Below, piece by piece: positions 17,466-27,271 of a stretch of DNA of 64,000 nt. A program made the position numbers and the translations under genes. Source of the stretch: a virus; IMG/VR virus record IMGVR_UViG_3300016471_001035, positions 75,595 to 139,594 of that record. One strand, written 5' to 3'. The notes beneath the pieces were generated by a model, which was not told where the DNA came from, searched no databases, and was given only the letters and a program-made list of their open reading frames with translations. The stretch's first letter is position 1. Every line of letters begins with the position of its first letter.

Positions 17466-18197
17466 TTACCATTCTAAAATAACACACCCACCTACACCGC
17501 TACCGCTGTTTGCAGATCCGCCAAAACCAAAATTAGAAAATATTTTTCCAGGTAAATTATTTGTACCGTTTAAGATTATTATTCCACCTGATCCGCTACC
17601 ACCACCACCCTGTCCCCCACTGCCTCCAGCAGAATTGTTACCACAATTTTTAAATGCTCCTCCACCGCCATTTCCGCCTGTAGCTACTATGCTGCCTACT
17701 GATGTAGATCCTCCTACTTGACCAGCACCTGCAGTAACGCCACAACCCGTGCTTCCACCACCGCCACCGCCATTTCCAATAGAAATTGATAGCTGTTGCC
17801 CAGGTGTTACATCTAAAATACCTAAACAGCATCCACCCCCACCACCAGCTCCGCCTCCATATGCTCCATAGCTAGAGGATGCACCTCCCCCTGCACCGCC
17901 CCCACCACCTATACATGTAACTTTTAATTTTGTTATATTAGAAGGTACAGTAAATGTACTGGATGAGGTAAATAGCTGTAAGCCGCTAAACGTAGAAAAA
18001 GATGGTTTATTTAACAAATCGGTGTAACTACCAGTTGTCGCAACAGTAGCTAATGTAGGCTTGTTGGCTATATTAGTATAATCTACTTGTAAAGCTGATA
18101 ATTGTGCTTTACCGGTTGTACTTCCATTTGATATAGGGACAACCAGAGAGCCTTGAGGAGTTATATCATTTAATTGAGATATAGTTATATCAGCCAT
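17466..18197 (-). CDS. Glycine-rich fibre-like virion protein
   Basis: MADITISQL N-terminus, LATVATTGSYTDLLNKP fibre motif, FTSSSTFTVP...IGGGGG Gly-rich domain ending GCVILEW. Confidence 0.75.
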   Translation of the reverse strand: MADITISQLNDITPQGSLVVPISNGSTTGKAQLSALQVDYTNIANKPTLATVATTGSYTDLLNKPSFSTFSGLQLFTSSSTFTVPSNITKLKVTCIGGGGGAGGGASSSYGAYGGGAGGGGGCCLGILDVTPGQQLSISIGNGGGGGGSTGCGVTAGAGQVGGSTSVGSIVATGGNGGGGAFKNCGNNSAGGSGGQGGGGSGSGGIIILNGTNNLPGKIFSNFGFGGSANSGSGVGGCVILEW

Positions 18198-18925
18198 TAT
18201 TGATAACCTCCATATACATCTGAATAATCTGTTTTGCTATAGTCAAAAACATTTTTTGATGCTACATTGACATCGTAGCTATAAGGCTTTTGTGCTCCTG
18301 AAGCTGTAGGCGACGTGGTGTCATCAAATACTTGATCATTTTGCGCTTCTGGCGTTACTCCAGGTTCAAACGAGTATTCGAATCTCTTAGCTTTTATCAA
18401 CCAAACATAATGACCTGCAAGAGGATTAATTTGTGCTATATCTTGATCTAATCTTTGGGTAATTTCATATATATTACCGTTTCTACCCCCCGGCCTATCA
18501 TTACCATATTCGGTTAATTGAAAAAGATCGCCAGCTTTAGGTTCTGCACCCTGCCCAAAAGTAGCATAAAACGCGCTTATATGAACAAATGCAGTGACTT
18601 CGTCATCTGATACTAAGCCAAACTTACTTAAAAGCAATGCATTTTCATTTAAATTAATAGCTATAATTAAATCTTGAGGAGGAGAGTATTGTTGTGTTGG
18701 CTGCTCTCCGTAAAGCATGTCTGCACTTAATGTACTAGTATTATTAACTATATAACCAACTTTCTGTCCATAAAGATTAATTTGTTCTCTCCAGTAATTA
18801 GATATAATGTTTCTTTCGTCTGTATTTTTACTTTTATCTGTAAATCTAAAACAAGTATTATCTACAAAAAAGAAAGGGTATGTCTTAGACTGTTCTAGAT
18901 TACCTGTATAATATTCTGTAGACAT
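18197..18925 (-). CDS. gp14: Neck / head completion protein (T4 gp14-like)
   Basis: EQINLYGQKVGY, LYGE, LSKFGLVSDDE, PKAGDL, YEIT, KRFEYS. Confidence 0.85.
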   Translation of the reverse strand: MSTEYYTGNLEQSKTYPFFFVDNTCFRFTDKSKNTDERNIISNYWREQINLYGQKVGYIVNNTSTLSADMLYGEQPTQQYSPPQDLIIAINLNENALLLSKFGLVSDDEVTAFVHISAFYATFGQGAEPKAGDLFQLTEYGNDRPGGRNGNIYEITQRLDQDIAQINPLAGHYVWLIKAKRFEYSFEPGVTPEAQNDQVFDDTTSPTASGAQKPYSYDVNVASKNVFDYSKTDYSDVYGGYQ

Positions 18926-18931
18926 ATTAAG

Positions 18932-19783
18932 TTAAGAGATTTTGCTTACCCCTAATCCAGTTAGCTTTATCCAATAGTAGCCTTGGCCATTATAAGACCC
19001 TGCAGATTTGCTTATAACTAAATCTGTATTATCCCAGGTAACCGACCAATTGCCTGCTGTACCATTATTAGAATTGTAATATGTAGTAATATCTTTTATA
19101 GACCATGGAGCTCCCCCTAGGGCAAAAGCCGCAAAATAAGTACAACCATAAGTATTAACATAACCATAGTGCGAGAATGTTGCTTCAATTTTAAAAGGCC
19201 CTCCTATTTCAGGTCTTGCTTTATGGGTAATTACTGAATTTCCTGCAGAATACCCTGCCCATGCGAGATCAGAAACACCATCTAGAGAAAAAGATTTTTG
19301 TGCAGATACAGTACCATAAACTGATAATTGCCCATCCTGTTGTAACGTCATTCTCCTGTAAACTACCGGTGTTTGAAAATTGCTACCTCCACTAGGCCCT
19401 TGAATAAATTGTAAATTACCTGTCAATCCGGTATTATCAGTTAAATTGTCCGGGCTTACAAATATATGCCAACTTCTATAGTTGTTACTATTACTATTTT
19501 CAGGAAATGTTAACCCTTCATAAGGCCCGGTTTCATTCCAATATAAATTGTTTAAACCTCTTATATCACCGTTATTGAGTTGTAAACAAATAATACCAGG
19601 ACTACCAGCGGGAACAGTATCCCAAGTTAACGTAGAACTTAAAAGACTTATTCTAGAAGAATCGCTATAGAGAATAGAAGATACGGGAATGGATTTAGTT
19701 GTACCACCGTTAGCTACAGGTAATAAAGCATTACCTCTTGTAACCGTTGCTATTGGTAATCCAGATATTGTAACATCTGCCAT
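18932..19783 (-). CDS. Fibre-like virion protein with shared MxDxTISxL N-terminus
   Basis: MADVTISGL start, RMTLQQDGQL fibre-type segment, beta-rich C-terminus. Confidence 0.65.
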   Translation of the reverse strand: MADVTISGLPIATVTRGNALLPVANGGTTKSIPVSSILYSDSSRISLLSSTLTWDTVPAGSPGIICLQLNNGDIRGLNNLYWNETGPYEGLTFPENSNSNNYRSWHIFVSPDNLTDNTGLTGNLQFIQGPSGGSNFQTPVVYRRMTLQQDGQLSVYGTVSAQKSFSLDGVSDLAWAGYSAGNSVITHKARPEIGGPFKIEATFSHYGYVNTYGCTYFAAFALGGAPWSIKDITTYYNSNNGTAGNWSVTWDNTDLVISKSAGSYNGQGYYWIKLTGLGVSKIS

Positions 19784-19784
19784 A

Positions 19785-20105
19785 TTATTTCTCTAAAACC
19801 GCCTTTCCTATTAATGGATCAAATCTAAGACTTATACCCGTATTACCTAGTTTTTTAGGTGTAGTACTAGAATATTTTAAGTTAAATTGATCTTCAACAT
19901 CTTTTATATCAGAACTATTAATAGCAATCTTACCTGTTTTTTTTCTTAATAAGCTTAATACTCTTTGGTTCTTAAGTATTGTTTGATGTGCTTTGGGAAC
20001 AAACCTCGCTTGTGAGGGTAGAGTTTCTCCTAAACCCTCATGTCGCTTTTTAACAAAATCTCCTTTTTTGTTGAATTTACGCCAATGATCTTTAAACGTA
20101 TTCAC
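19785..20105 (-). CDS. Small basic late protein
   Basis: 106 aa, GTG start 5 nt after TAAATA (20111-20116); MNTFKDHW start. Confidence 0.7.
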   Translation of the reverse strand: MNTFKDHWRKFNKKGDFVKKRHEGLGETLPSQARFVPKAHQTILKNQRVLSLLRKKTGKIAINSSDIKDVEDQFNLKYSSTTPKKLGNTGISLRFDPLIGKAVLEK

Positions 20106-20119
20106 TTAAGTATTTAAGC

Positions 20120-20150
20120 AAAAAAAAGGGCCTAATTTGACTTAGGCCCT
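20120..20150 (-). terminator. Rho-independent terminator
   Basis: Perfect 9-bp stem AGGGCCTAA(20127-20135)/TTAGGCCCT(20142-20150), 6-nt loop, A8 run 20120-20127 giving a U-tract on the minus strand downstream of 20177-21085. Confidence 0.85.
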
Positions 20151-20176
20151 AATTTTTACTATTTTTGACTAATTTA

Positions 20177-21085
20177 TTATTTTAGTCCTGCTAGATAAGC
20201 ACCTACTTTGCTTGTCTTAGAGGCAACTACATTAGCCTTACCCTTTGGAGATGTTGGGGCACCACCCTTAACACCTGCACCTACTAGGGCATGGCCCTTT
20301 TCACCATCATTACCAACTTTATCCGTTACCTTGCCATCGCCTTCACCGTGAGAAACAAGGCTCTTTGTTACATCACCAACCTTGTTATCTTTCTTTTGAA
20401 GGGACTGACCGGCTGAATCGGGAAGTTCTTTTAATTCTGTGGCTTCTTTAGCAACGCCGTCTTCTTCGTCTTCATCCTTCTTATCGTCCTTCTTATCTTC
20501 TTTCTTTTTCTCTTCGTTGGACTCTTCAGGAGTTGTTTCATCACCGGCTTCTTCACCACCTAAATCTTCTTCGCCAGCGGCTTCCTCATCACCAAGAACT
20601 GCCACCAAAGCATCGTGTAGCTTTTGGGCTAGATCCTTAGAGAGAGTAACTGTTACTTCTTCACCACCGACATCTTCACCAGCATCGCCCGAGGGCAACC
20701 CGAGAGCAGCGGCGTCATTTGCCTCGGTATCATCTGGCTGACCGGACATTACGTCCTCATATAGTTTGTCAAAAATAGATTTGCTCATAAAAGTATTTAT
20801 TGTTTGAGTTTCTGTTTTTTCAAGGTTTTGTGAGAATTTTTTAGGCTCATAAAAATTTTCTTTTTTAGCGGTTTTAGGATCAATAATATCCTTATTAAAT
20901 CCATCTGCGTTTTCAGGGCCAGAAGCTTTAGGAAGAATAGCGCTTTTATCAGCTTTTGCTTCAACAGGCTTCTTATCTTCAACACGCTTAAAAGTATCCT
21001 TAGGAGGAAATACACTTTTCTTTTCTTCAATAACTTGCTTTTCATAGTATTCACCTAATTTAACTAGCGTTCTGACACCGTTCAT
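20177..21085 (-). CDS. Acidic low-complexity late protein, candidate prohead core/scaffold component
   Basis: E/D/K-rich, several hydrophobic-x-E sites, own late promoter and terminator, divergent from terminase. Confidence 0.6.
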   Translation of the reverse strand: MNGVRTLVKLGEYYEKQVIEEKKSVFPPKDTFKRVEDKKPVEAKADKSAILPKASGPENADGFNKDIIDPKTAKKENFYEPKKFSQNLEKTETQTINTFMSKSIFDKLYEDVMSGQPDDTEANDAAALGLPSGDAGEDVGGEEVTVTLSKDLAQKLHDALVAVLGDEEAAGEEDLGGEEAGDETTPEESNEEKKKEDKKDDKKDEDEEDGVAKEATELKELPDSAGQSLQKKDNKVGDVTKSLVSHGEGDGKVTDKVGNDGEKGHALVGAGVKGGAPTSPKGKANVVASKTSKVGAYLAGLK

Positions 21086-21087
21086 AT

Positions 21088-21097
21088 TAAGTATTTA
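21088..21097. promoter_or_regulatory. Overlapping divergent late promoter motifs
   Basis: Minus TAAATA(21092-21097)-N6-ATG(21085); plus TAAGTA(21088-21093)-N12-ATG(21106). Confidence 0.55.
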
Positions 21098-21105
21098 TTA
21101 TATAT

Positions 21106-22812
21106 ATGCCTAAAAAACAAGAAAGTCAATTTTATTTAGGTAATCAAAATCTACCTACAGCTGATGCAACTTTTGATTATGAAGCACATCCAGAGTGGGT
21201 AGAAGATATAGCTAAATGTAGAAAAAATATTTTATATTTTGCAGAAAACTTTTTCTTTATTACTAATTTAGATGAAGGTAAGATGAAAATTAAGCTCCAT
21301 ACCTATCAAAAAAGAATATTAAGAAGTTTAAGAGACAATAGATTTGTATGTCTATTAGCTTCAAGACAGATAGGTAAAACCACATTAATGACGATATATG
21401 CATTATGGATAGCATCTTTTTTTGAAGATCAGCGTATTTTAATTGTAGCAAACAAAGAACAGACAGCTATTAACATTTTTAAAAGAGTTCGTTTAGCTTA
21501 TGAAAAGCTACCTAATTATCTTAAACCAGGAACCGTAGAATATGGAAAAACATCAATGTCTTTGGGAAATGGGTCTAGTATTGGTATTTCGACGACCAGC
21601 AGTGATGCTGGTAGAGGCGATAGCTGTAATGTTCTTATTTTGGACGAGCTAGCATTTATTGACAACCATCTCGTAGAGCAGTTTTGGAGCTCAGTTTACC
21701 CAATTATTTCATCCTCTAAAAAATCTAAGATATTTGTTGCTTCAACTCCAAATGGAACAGGTAATCTTTTTCACGAATTATATTCTGGAGCTGTTGAAGG
21801 TAAGAACGATTGGCACGCAGAAAAAGTTGATTGGTGGGAATTCCCTGGTCGTGATGATGTATGGAAGGAAAAAACAATTCGTACCTTGGGTAGTAGAGAA
21901 GTTTTTGACCAAGAATTTGGTAATGTATTTTTACAGGCTGGTGAAAGCGCTATAGATGAAAAACTTTTTGAACAGATGAAATCAGAATGTATAGAACCAA
22001 ATTTTGTTTTTGAAAATGGAAAATATTTAATGTGGGATGAACCAAGTAAAGAAAATATTTATGTTGTAGGGGTTGATATAAGTGAGGGGGTAGGCGAGGC
22101 TGCTAGCGTTGTACAAGTCTTAGACATTACAGATTTAAGAGAAATAAAACAAGTAGCCATTTATCATGATAGAACAATAAGCCCTTACAATTTTACTTCC
22201 AAGCTTCATGAAATTTTAAAACACTGGGGATCGCCTCTAGCATTAATTGAAAGAAACAATTGCGGTGCTCAGGTTGTAGATCAATTAAAGAATACACACG
22301 GATATGAAAATATAGTTTCATACGGGATAAAAGCAGGGCCTATAAATTACAATAAAATTGGTGTACAAGCACATACTAACACAAAATATAAAGGGGTAGT
22401 TAACATGAGATATTGGATGTCTGAATTAAAAGTTTTAAAAATTAGAGATTTAAAAACTTTAAACGAATTAAAAGGGTTTGTAAGATATCCAAACGGTACG
22501 TGGGCTGCAAAGCAAGGGGTTGATAGTTGGGATGATAGGGTTATGAGCCTTGTGTGGAGCTTAATGATTTTAGAAAACGATTTAGTAGAAAAATATTTTG
22601 AAGTAGTAGAATATGATTCAAATAGAAAACCATTAAAACTTAAATCATTAGATTACGGAGTCAAATATTTTGTAAATCCCGCTTCAATTTATAGCAATGA
22701 AAAACTAGGTGACGGATTACCACCTCTACCTATAGTCATACAGGGGGATAACTCTAATGAATTTGACGAAATAAAAGACTTAGAATCTCAAGGTTGGCAG
22801 AGGTTACAATAA
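21106..22812 (+). CDS. gp17: Terminase large subunit (T4 gp17-like)
   Basis: ASRQIGKTT Walker A, LILDELAF Walker B, ASTPNG, nuclease GVDISEG and DDRVMS. Confidence 0.97.
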   Translation: MPKKQESQFYLGNQNLPTADATFDYEAHPEWVEDIAKCRKNILYFAENFFFITNLDEGKMKIKLHTYQKRILRSLRDNRFVCLLASRQIGKTTLMTIYALWIASFFEDQRILIVANKEQTAINIFKRVRLAYEKLPNYLKPGTVEYGKTSMSLGNGSSIGISTTSSDAGRGDSCNVLILDELAFIDNHLVEQFWSSVYPIISSSKKSKIFVASTPNGTGNLFHELYSGAVEGKNDWHAEKVDWWEFPGRDDVWKEKTIRTLGSREVFDQEFGNVFLQAGESAIDEKLFEQMKSECIEPNFVFENGKYLMWDEPSKENIYVVGVDISEGVGEAASVVQVLDITDLREIKQVAIYHDRTISPYNFTSKLHEILKHWGSPLALIERNNCGAQVVDQLKNTHGYENIVSYGIKAGPINYNKIGVQAHTNTKYKGVVNMRYWMSELKVLKIRDLKTLNELKGFVRYPNGTWAAKQGVDSWDDRVMSLVWSLMILENDLVEKYFEVVEYDSNRKPLKLKSLDYGVKYFVNPASIYSNEKLGDGLPPLPIVIQGDNSNEFDEIKDLESQGWQRLQ

Positions 22813-22815
22813 ATA
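22810..22815 (+). promoter_or_regulatory. T4-type late promoter core
   Basis: TAAATA-N5-ATG(22821). Confidence 0.65.
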
Positions 22816-22820
22816 ATTAA

Positions 22821-23435
22821 ATGGCAAACTTAGTACCATACACTCAAAGCCCTTTCAATAAAGCGCGTAAAGACAAATTTTTACTAGTGCTTAATTTTCC
22901 TCAAGGCTTAAAAGACATATCACAAAAAATGATTAGATCTAATAAAACTATAATTCCCGATTCCATTCAGTTTTCTGTGTTTGGTGCAGTTGTGCCAGAA
23001 ATAGAAGTACCGGTAGTAAATGTTAGATACTCTGGACAAACGTTAGCAGCGTCTAGCCATTCTCGTGAACCGTACCCTCCAGTCACGGTTAACTTTACCG
23101 TTGATAACAGATTCAACAATTATTATGTCATTTATAAATGGTTAGATATTTTAAACAGCAGTAAAACTAGTATTTTTGACGAAAATAATATTATAGAGGC
23201 TAAGAAGTCAACCAGTGGGGGTAATGATAACATGCTTTACAGAGCTAATATATCTATTTTCGCATTAGACGAATACGATAAAAGAATAGTAGAATTTGTC
23301 TATACAAATGCATTTCCTATTAATTTAGGAGGTATTACATTTAATAATAGGGATGCAGGAGAAGTAGAAGCTTCATTTACATTTGTTTACTCTCAACTTC
23401 AGGTTTCTTTGGTAGAATATATAGATAGTTTATAA
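22821..23435 (+). CDS. Tail tube-fold protein (gp3/gp19-like)
   Basis: VTVNFTVDNRFNNYYVIYKW, YTNAFPINLGGITF, FTFVYS are tube-family patterns. Confidence 0.7.
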   Translation: MANLVPYTQSPFNKARKDKFLLVLNFPQGLKDISQKMIRSNKTIIPDSIQFSVFGAVVPEIEVPVVNVRYSGQTLAASSHSREPYPPVTVNFTVDNRFNNYYVIYKWLDILNSSKTSIFDENNIIEAKKSTSGGNDNMLYRANISIFALDEYDKRIVEFVYTNAFPINLGGITFNNRDAGEVEASFTFVYSQLQVSLVEYIDSL

Positions 23436-23464
23436 AAAATTAAAAAGTTTTATCCAAAAAAACA

Positions 23465-23470
23465 TAAATA
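23465..23470 (+). promoter_or_regulatory. T4-type late promoter core
   Basis: CATAAATA-N6-ATG(23477). Confidence 0.7.
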
Positions 23471-23476
23471 CTTTAT

Positions 23477-25774
23477 ATGGCACGCACAATTCAAAGCCCC
23501 GGAGTGGAAATTAATGAAATCGATTTATCGCTTAGAAATGCAGGAGCCCCAGCTACAGTAGTTTTTGTACCCGGGTTTGCACCTAAAGGGCCTACATCTG
23601 AACCTATTAGCGTAACATCCCTCTCTGAATTTGAACAAATTTTCGGTCAGCCTACTAATTCTGCTGAAAGATATTTTTATCATTCGGTAAAAGGTGTCCT
23701 GCAATCGCCAGCCAATCCAATCGTTTATCGCTTACCTTATGGTGAAGGCGCCGGTGTTGATACAAGCGATGAATATAGTGCATTAGTATTTCCTGTCAAA
23801 GCATATTGCCCTTCTACAGGGTATATTGAAACAGATTTAACTAAGCCCGATTCAAGATACTTTTTCGGTTCACCCACACACCTTAAGCTTACACAAAATG
23901 AATACCTTTCAATTTTAAAGGGCGACGGTTTTAGTTGGGCAGCTGATACACAAAACACAACAACATTTAGTAGTGTTTCTGCACTTAGTGGTGCAGGTGT
24001 TATTATTCTCAATAAAGCTCAATCAACTATTAATACAAAATTTGAAGGTGTTTATATTAGTATTGCTGATAATACGAATCTTAACCCTGCAACACCCTTT
24101 AATGATGTAAACGCAGTTCTTAGCGTTAATAATGAAACTAAAGCAATTTTTGGCAATGGTTATGTTAGCATTCCAGATGTAAGATTAAACTTTACTCTGT
24201 CAGCGGATGCAGCAGGGTTACAAGGTAGCGTGTCCGAGGTACTAGAGAATATACCTACATTTGATATTTCATCAAACCAGTATGATGATACCGTAACACT
24301 TGGTGTATTTAAGCTTAGACAGTCTGTATTCTCACCTGATACAATTGCGCTTGACTATGTGCTGCAAGAAGGATATACCGCATCATTTGATGCACACAGA
24401 CAAATTAACAGCGTTAATGGCGGGCCGCCCATCAGTTTCTTCTTAGAGATTGCTGACCAGACTTCAACAAATATAACAACAATTATTAACCCCTACATTT
24501 CTAATAAGGGTGGAAATACCTGGCTTGATACTAATGGTGTACCAGCTAAGAAAGTTCGTTTCCTTAGCTCTCAACTTCTAACACCTTTAGCAAATGAAAC
24601 TGCAAGTGCTTATACGACTCGTGTTGGTGCTCCTTCCGGGCAAGTCGCTACATTAGCAAGCCAACTAGGTACAACAAATGCTTTATACGCTCTAGGTGAT
24701 TACAGCGATGAAGATCTATCAACAAAAATTATTGGTAATGTACCTGCAAAGCTCACTACAGCTACTGAAAAGCTAGCTAATGTAGATTTATATCCGCTTA
24801 ATATATCAATAGAAGCCGGTTTAGGTACTATATATGCAAACTCATTTAACCCTTCCACATATCAATATTTTGATGATAGTGTTCCTTTTGACGCTTTAGT
24901 TGAAGAATTAGCAGTACAAAACCCTTCTAGCACACCATCTTGCGTACAACATTATAATGCAGTTGTAGGGCCTTTCATAAACCTTACAAATAGCCGTAAG
25001 GACCATTTGTTTATTGCTGATCCATTTACAAATATCTTTATTCAGGGTGCTAACTTAAAGACATTAGATATACCTGAAAAGTCGTTCCCCACAGATATTT
25101 ATTGGTCTTTAAAAAATCAATTTGGCAGCATTGATTCAAGTTATGTTGCAACATTTGCAAATGTTGCTAAAGTAGCAGATATTGCTACAAATCAGCAAGT
25201 ATGGGTACCATTCTCCGGATTTGCAGCAGGATCAATGGCTTCAACTGATAATAACTTCCAGCCTTGGTATGCACCTGCAGGATTTACTCGCGGTATAATT
25301 AGCGGTATAGTAGATCTTGCTATATATCCTAAGCAAAAACATCGCGATCAGCTATATCGTATTAATTTAAATCCTGTTACATTCTTCCCTTCAGAAGGGT
25401 TTGTAATATTTGGACAGAAAACAATGCAGAAGAAACCTAGCGCATTTGATCGTATTAATGTTCGTAGATTGTTCTTAAATCTAGAAACTGCAACTAGAGA
25501 TACAGTAAAGTATTTCTTGTTTGAGCCTAATACGCTCTTTACTAGAACACAGATTATTAATAGTTTAACACCGATCTATGATAACGCTAAAAATACTCAA
25601 GGTATTTATGATTATCTATTAATATGTGATGAGCGCAATAATACGCCCGAAACTATTGATGATAATACAATCGTTATAGACGTCTATATTAAGCCAGTAA
25701 GAGCTGCAGAGTATATACTATGTAACTTCTACTGCACTAGAACCGGAACAAATTTCCAGGAGATAGTAACTTAA
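23477..25774 (+). CDS. gp18: Contractile tail sheath protein (T4 gp18-like)
   Basis: SPGVEINEIDLS, PWYAPAGFTRG, GQKT, FDRINVRRLF, FEPN, CDERNN, IKPVRAAEYI. Confidence 0.96.
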   Translation: MARTIQSPGVEINEIDLSLRNAGAPATVVFVPGFAPKGPTSEPISVTSLSEFEQIFGQPTNSAERYFYHSVKGVLQSPANPIVYRLPYGEGAGVDTSDEYSALVFPVKAYCPSTGYIETDLTKPDSRYFFGSPTHLKLTQNEYLSILKGDGFSWAADTQNTTTFSSVSALSGAGVIILNKAQSTINTKFEGVYISIADNTNLNPATPFNDVNAVLSVNNETKAIFGNGYVSIPDVRLNFTLSADAAGLQGSVSEVLENIPTFDISSNQYDDTVTLGVFKLRQSVFSPDTIALDYVLQEGYTASFDAHRQINSVNGGPPISFFLEIADQTSTNITTIINPYISNKGGNTWLDTNGVPAKKVRFLSSQLLTPLANETASAYTTRVGAPSGQVATLASQLGTTNALYALGDYSDEDLSTKIIGNVPAKLTTATEKLANVDLYPLNISIEAGLGTIYANSFNPSTYQYFDDSVPFDALVEELAVQNPSSTPSCVQHYNAVVGPFINLTNSRKDHLFIADPFTNIFIQGANLKTLDIPEKSFPTDIYWSLKNQFGSIDSSYVATFANVAKVADIATNQQVWVPFSGFAAGSMASTDNNFQPWYAPAGFTRGIISGIVDLAIYPKQKHRDQLYRINLNPVTFFPSEGFVIFGQKTMQKKPSAFDRINVRRLFLNLETATRDTVKYFLFEPNTLFTRTQIINSLTPIYDNAKNTQGIYDYLLICDERNNTPETIDDNTIVIDVYIKPVRAAEYILCNFYCTRTGTNFQEIVT

Positions 25775-25778
25775 TAGA

Positions 25779-25784
25779 TAAATA
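25779..25784 (+). promoter_or_regulatory. T4-type late promoter core
   Basis: TAAATA-N5-ATG(25790). Confidence 0.7.
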
Positions 25785-25789
25785 ATTTT

Positions 25790-26338
25790 ATGGCAGACGT
25801 AAATCAATTAATTACTGACTTTTACAGAGTAGCGACGAACCGTGAGTTTGCACGCGATTATAACTTTAGAGTATTATCTATTAATACAGGAGGTGCTAGT
25901 GATGTAACGTTTGATCAAGATGATTTAGTTTATGTTAAGACAGCTTCATTACCTGCACGTCAAATTAAAAATGTTGAAGTACCTTATATGGGATTAAATT
26001 TTAATCTCCCTGGTAACGCCACATATCCAGGTTCTGATGCATATGAAATGACATTTTATGCTGATGCACAGTCGAGAATACGTCAAAAGTTTGAACAATG
26101 GTCATTAGACATTTTTAATGACGCTAATTCAACCGGTAATTACTTTGCACCAAAACAAACTGCTATTATTGATCTTGTACAGCTAGATAACCAGCTTAAT
26201 AAAGTTGCTCAATATCAACTAGTAGGTGTATCAGTTCGCAATGTAGGTCCGATAAGCTATAATATAGCTACTGGTACTGGAGAGACAATTGAATTTACAG
26301 CTACAGTTTCTTATCACTACTGGAGAAACATTGGTTAA
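25790..26338 (+). CDS. gp19: Tail tube protein (T4 gp19-like)
   Basis: Follows sheath; KTASLP, VPYMG, IRQKFEQW, EFTATVSYHYW. Confidence 0.88.
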   Translation: MADVNQLITDFYRVATNREFARDYNFRVLSINTGGASDVTFDQDDLVYVKTASLPARQIKNVEVPYMGLNFNLPGNATYPGSDAYEMTFYADAQSRIRQKFEQWSLDIFNDANSTGNYFAPKQTAIIDLVQLDNQLNKVAQYQLVGVSVRNVGPISYNIATGTGETIEFTATVSYHYWRNIG

Positions 26339-26349
26339 TTAGTTTGGGT

Positions 26350-26357
26350 TATAAATA
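26350..26357 (+). promoter_or_regulatory. T4-type late promoter, full consensus
   Basis: TATAAATA-N5-GTG(26363). Confidence 0.75.
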
Positions 26358-26362
26358 ATTAG

Positions 26363-27271
26363 GTGAACAATCCGTTTACCAGTGCCCTTAATGGTTTAGG
26401 ACAAAATTTTACAGGTCTTTTTACTGGTACAAACCCATCATTTGCCCCTCAAATAACCGATCTATTTGGGTTTAATATACCTGGAGTACCCTTAATTTCT
26501 GTAAGAGATTATTTTCTCGTGCAGATGGAATCTTGGTTTACTTCCATTCCTAACTCGAGTCAGTGGATAATAGTAATTGATAAATATCCACCTGCTCTAC
26601 AATCAAGTGTTATACAGGGACTAGAGAGAGTTGATGGTAGCCGTAAGGGGTATGATATTAGTACAGCTAAAAATATTTTAGCAAGTTTTCCTCTTCAAAA
26701 AATTATTGGATGTTTATTTGCCCATGAAGTTACAATACCAACAGAACAGTTTGATATACTCTCTGCATCTGTACCCAACAATAGAGGATTTTTACCGGGT
26801 ATTTTAGGCGGAGGTAGAAACACAGAACCGCCCGCTTTAGTAGTTGATTTTAGAGAAACCAATACGTCGTTTATTGACTTTGTTGTTAGACCGTGGGTCA
26901 TTCTTGGCTCACATTTTGGTATGGCAGCTCGCCCGGGCGATACCTCTAATTCTAAAAGCTTTTATAATATGAAATGTAATATGACACTTATAAATTTTGC
27001 AGCTACCATACAAGGTATTTCGATGATTCCTAGAAAAGTTTTTAATTTCTTCAATTGTATGCCATATCAGGTGTCTGAGCAAAGCTATGACTACACTGAT
27101 TCTAGACTAACCTCTTACAATACAAGATGGACATATTCACACTATACTGTAGAAAATAATTTATACTTGCCTATTGCTGATATAGTTAATAGAATATCTC
27201 AAGGTGAAATACCAAGAGTTACAAGCTTCCAAAACGGGCTTAGCATAACTAATCCTTTAGGCTTTTTATAA
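26363..27271 (+). CDS. Tube-fold baseplate-tail junction protein (gp54-like)
   Basis: EVTIP, VDFRETN, FFNCMPY, TRWTYSHY tube-like pattern; position after tube. Confidence 0.55.
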   Translation: MNNPFTSALNGLGQNFTGLFTGTNPSFAPQITDLFGFNIPGVPLISVRDYFLVQMESWFTSIPNSSQWIIVIDKYPPALQSSVIQGLERVDGSRKGYDISTAKNILASFPLQKIIGCLFAHEVTIPTEQFDILSASVPNNRGFLPGILGGGRNTEPPALVVDFRETNTSFIDFVVRPWVILGSHFGMAARPGDTSNSKSFYNMKCNMTLINFAATIQGISMIPRKVFNFFNCMPYQVSEQSYDYTDSRLTSYNTRWTYSHYTVENNLYLPIADIVNRISQGEIPRVTSFQNGLSITNPLGFL

